Below, in pieces: positions 61,716 to 64,000 of a DNA stretch of 64,000 bases; position 1 is the first letter of the stretch, and each line of letters starts with the position of its first letter. The notes below the pieces were generated by a model. That model did not search any database. It had not been told where the DNA came from and was given only the letters and a program-made list of their open reading frames with translations. Source of the stretch: Carcharhinus amblyrhynchos. Its lineage: Eukaryota. Position numbers and translations under genes: made by a program. The stretch is taken from contig OZ336889.1 of NCBI GenBank assembly GCA_965287045.1, positions 28,024,001 to 28,088,000 on the forward strand, written 5' to 3'.

Positions 61716-64000
61716 CTGTTTTAAGAAGAAGTTGGTTCTTTCAGGAAAATAGTGCAACAAAAAGAGTTAGTATGGGTACTAAAATACAAAGATTTAATAG
61801 TGGGTTGTAAAAGCAATGACTCTTCGAATGTCTTAGAAGTGAAGCAACACGCTATCAACATTCAATGCTTTTTACAACACACCAAACCCAAGAAATAGAA
61901 ATCATAAACTAATGTGTTACACCAATATATGTTCAAAGGGCTGAATGCACTGCTCCTGCTCCAAAGATACCAATAATTAACCACAATAATTATTCTGTAT
62001 GCATGATTCATCATTGCACATGATCCACTGCCAACACAGAAAAGCTCTCCAGCTATACTTGAACTAAAATTAATTCATTCCAATCAAACATTACCTGACT
62101 CACACATTCCTGAAATTTCCAAATGACAGCTGCTTTACATGTAGTTAGACATTTAATAGCCACAATGCGGTCGCATCAATTAGCTACCAGTCCTGTTTAT
62201 ATGCAGTTTCACAGACCTTACATTTCAATTGCTCTGCACTGTTCAGATCCTCTCAAAAGGAGCCAGCTGCAGCAGATAAACAAAGTACCAAAAGATCTAT
62301 TTCAATGCATACAGGTTACACTTTAAGGTCTGATCTAAACTCAAGTGCTGTACTTACCTTAAAAACTGTACCCGTCACTATAAATGTCTCTTCCCTCTGT
62401 CCAGCTCCTTACAAACTGGAAGACTCTGCAATTGCATCAACTATTCCCAAAGTAGTTTTAAATCTGCAAAGCCACTATAAATGGGTGTTCAGCTCAAACA
62501 CTAAAACAAAACCAAGCTTGCAGAGCAAAATTGCAGAAGATTGACTAGATGCATCAGATGATAAAATGACTGCGTGAGAAGCCTGAAAGATAAGCAATCC
62601 TTTCATGTCCACAGTTTCATTTTTTCCAATTCAAATTGCAAAACATCTATCCTACATACAATAGCCCCCAAATTTAGAAATATCAACTAAACAGGAAGTA
62701 CACTAACCATCAATGTTATACCTTTGTAACAACAATGTCAACTAAGCTATTTCTTCAATTAAACAAATTCAAACAGCTATATTTTTAGATGCTTAAATCC
62801 CACCAGCAACTTAGAAAGTGACTTAAAAGGATGTTGCATTTCCTAGTTTCATGCAACTATACATAGTATTTAAAATAATGCTGGTGACTAATTTAAGCAA
62901 ACTACTAATGTCTTAGAAAATATTTCAGAATTCCGAATTATTTTGTGGTAGCCAATAATCACTGATAAGAATGTACTCTTGAAATAACTTCTGACTTTCC
63001 AAAAAAAAAATCAAGTACAAATCTGTGCTACATGCTTTTAAAAAATTTAACCTCATTTAAATTAAGATATTTAACAAAAAACTAACACTAATATTTTCTA
63101 TGAATGTTATGTCCATCACATTTTATTCAAACATGAATATTATAAACTTCTAGCCATTCATGCACACTGCAAAATTATCTGACCTTCAACCTGATTTCAA
63201 AGTGGACATTCCTTATAATGGTGGCTCTCTATTCCACTACTCAAGGCATTTCAATCAAGTTCAGTCCACGCATGTACACACCTACCTCCTCTGGGGGAAG
63301 AGGGTGTGGGGTAGTGGCAAAATATATCCATGATTCAATGATACACCATTGCATATAGCTTTTAAGACACTGAAATGTGCAAATGTACTTCTAAAGATCT
63401 TGTTTATCCAGATCTCAACATCTTTACTGGCTACAAATTTGCTACACCTAAAGACCTAAAATAAGATTATAACAAACCTCTGAACTGAACCTGGTACCAG
63501 CAATGATGCCCAGAAAATATATGTTTTGGCATTTAAAGCAACAATGTCTGTAACGACATCAATTAGCATCAATGAAACAAAGTTCATTCTGGGCTACAGC
63601 CCAGCAAAATACATATGCAATAATTAGGAAGTCATTTACAAAGCAACATTATTACAGGTTGGTCAGTTCTTCAAATTAAATAAAATCAAATTGAAATATT
63701 TGGACATAACCTTATTCAATGTAGTTTGCAGGGAGGCATACTTCCCCCTCCCAAACCAAATTGAATTGAAAATTGACTACCACAAATAAAAGCAGATTTG
63801 CTGGGTGATTCTTTCAAGTACAAAGCAAATACAAGTGTGAATGGCTGATATTTACCTTTTCAGGAGGTAGACTTATATTTTTTGCTATTTGACTCTGCAG
63901 CGTCTTCCGCTCGCTGTGTCTCTTCGTGCATTAGCACGCTGAGTACGATTCATTATAGAAATGTTATCATGTGATCTACGTATACAAAGTAAACTTTCCA

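Overview
Vertebrate genomic DNA, AT-rich and repeat-dense. The repeat set (HE1-type V-SINEs, SacSINE-like SINEs with L2 tails, CR1 and Penelope remnants) points to a shark or other elasmobranch. Three protein-coding genes were reconstructed by hand from splice sites and reading-frame phase. (1) A complete 14-exon ZCCHC8 (NEXT-complex scaffold) on the minus strand, 30257 to 6904, 727 aa, with two minor-spliceosome (U12) introns. (2) An unrecognised gene of about 484 aa and about 7 coding exons on the plus strand, 31125 to 38168. It is head-to-head with ZCCHC8 on a shared CpG-island promoter and has a Bro-N-like motif pair and a DHNY HCF-1-binding motif. (3) The last 7 coding exons of RSRC2 on the minus strand, with a GC-AG intron, a tandem alternative acceptor, an expanded 21-nt RS repeat and several candidate poison or cassette exons. 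Introns hold many mobile-element remnants, including a young CR1 family (one copy internally deleted), a Gmr1-like Gypsy relic, solo LTRs and Penelope-derived hairpins. No CRISPR, rRNA or true tRNA genes were found. Repeat boundaries are approximate and no database searches were run.
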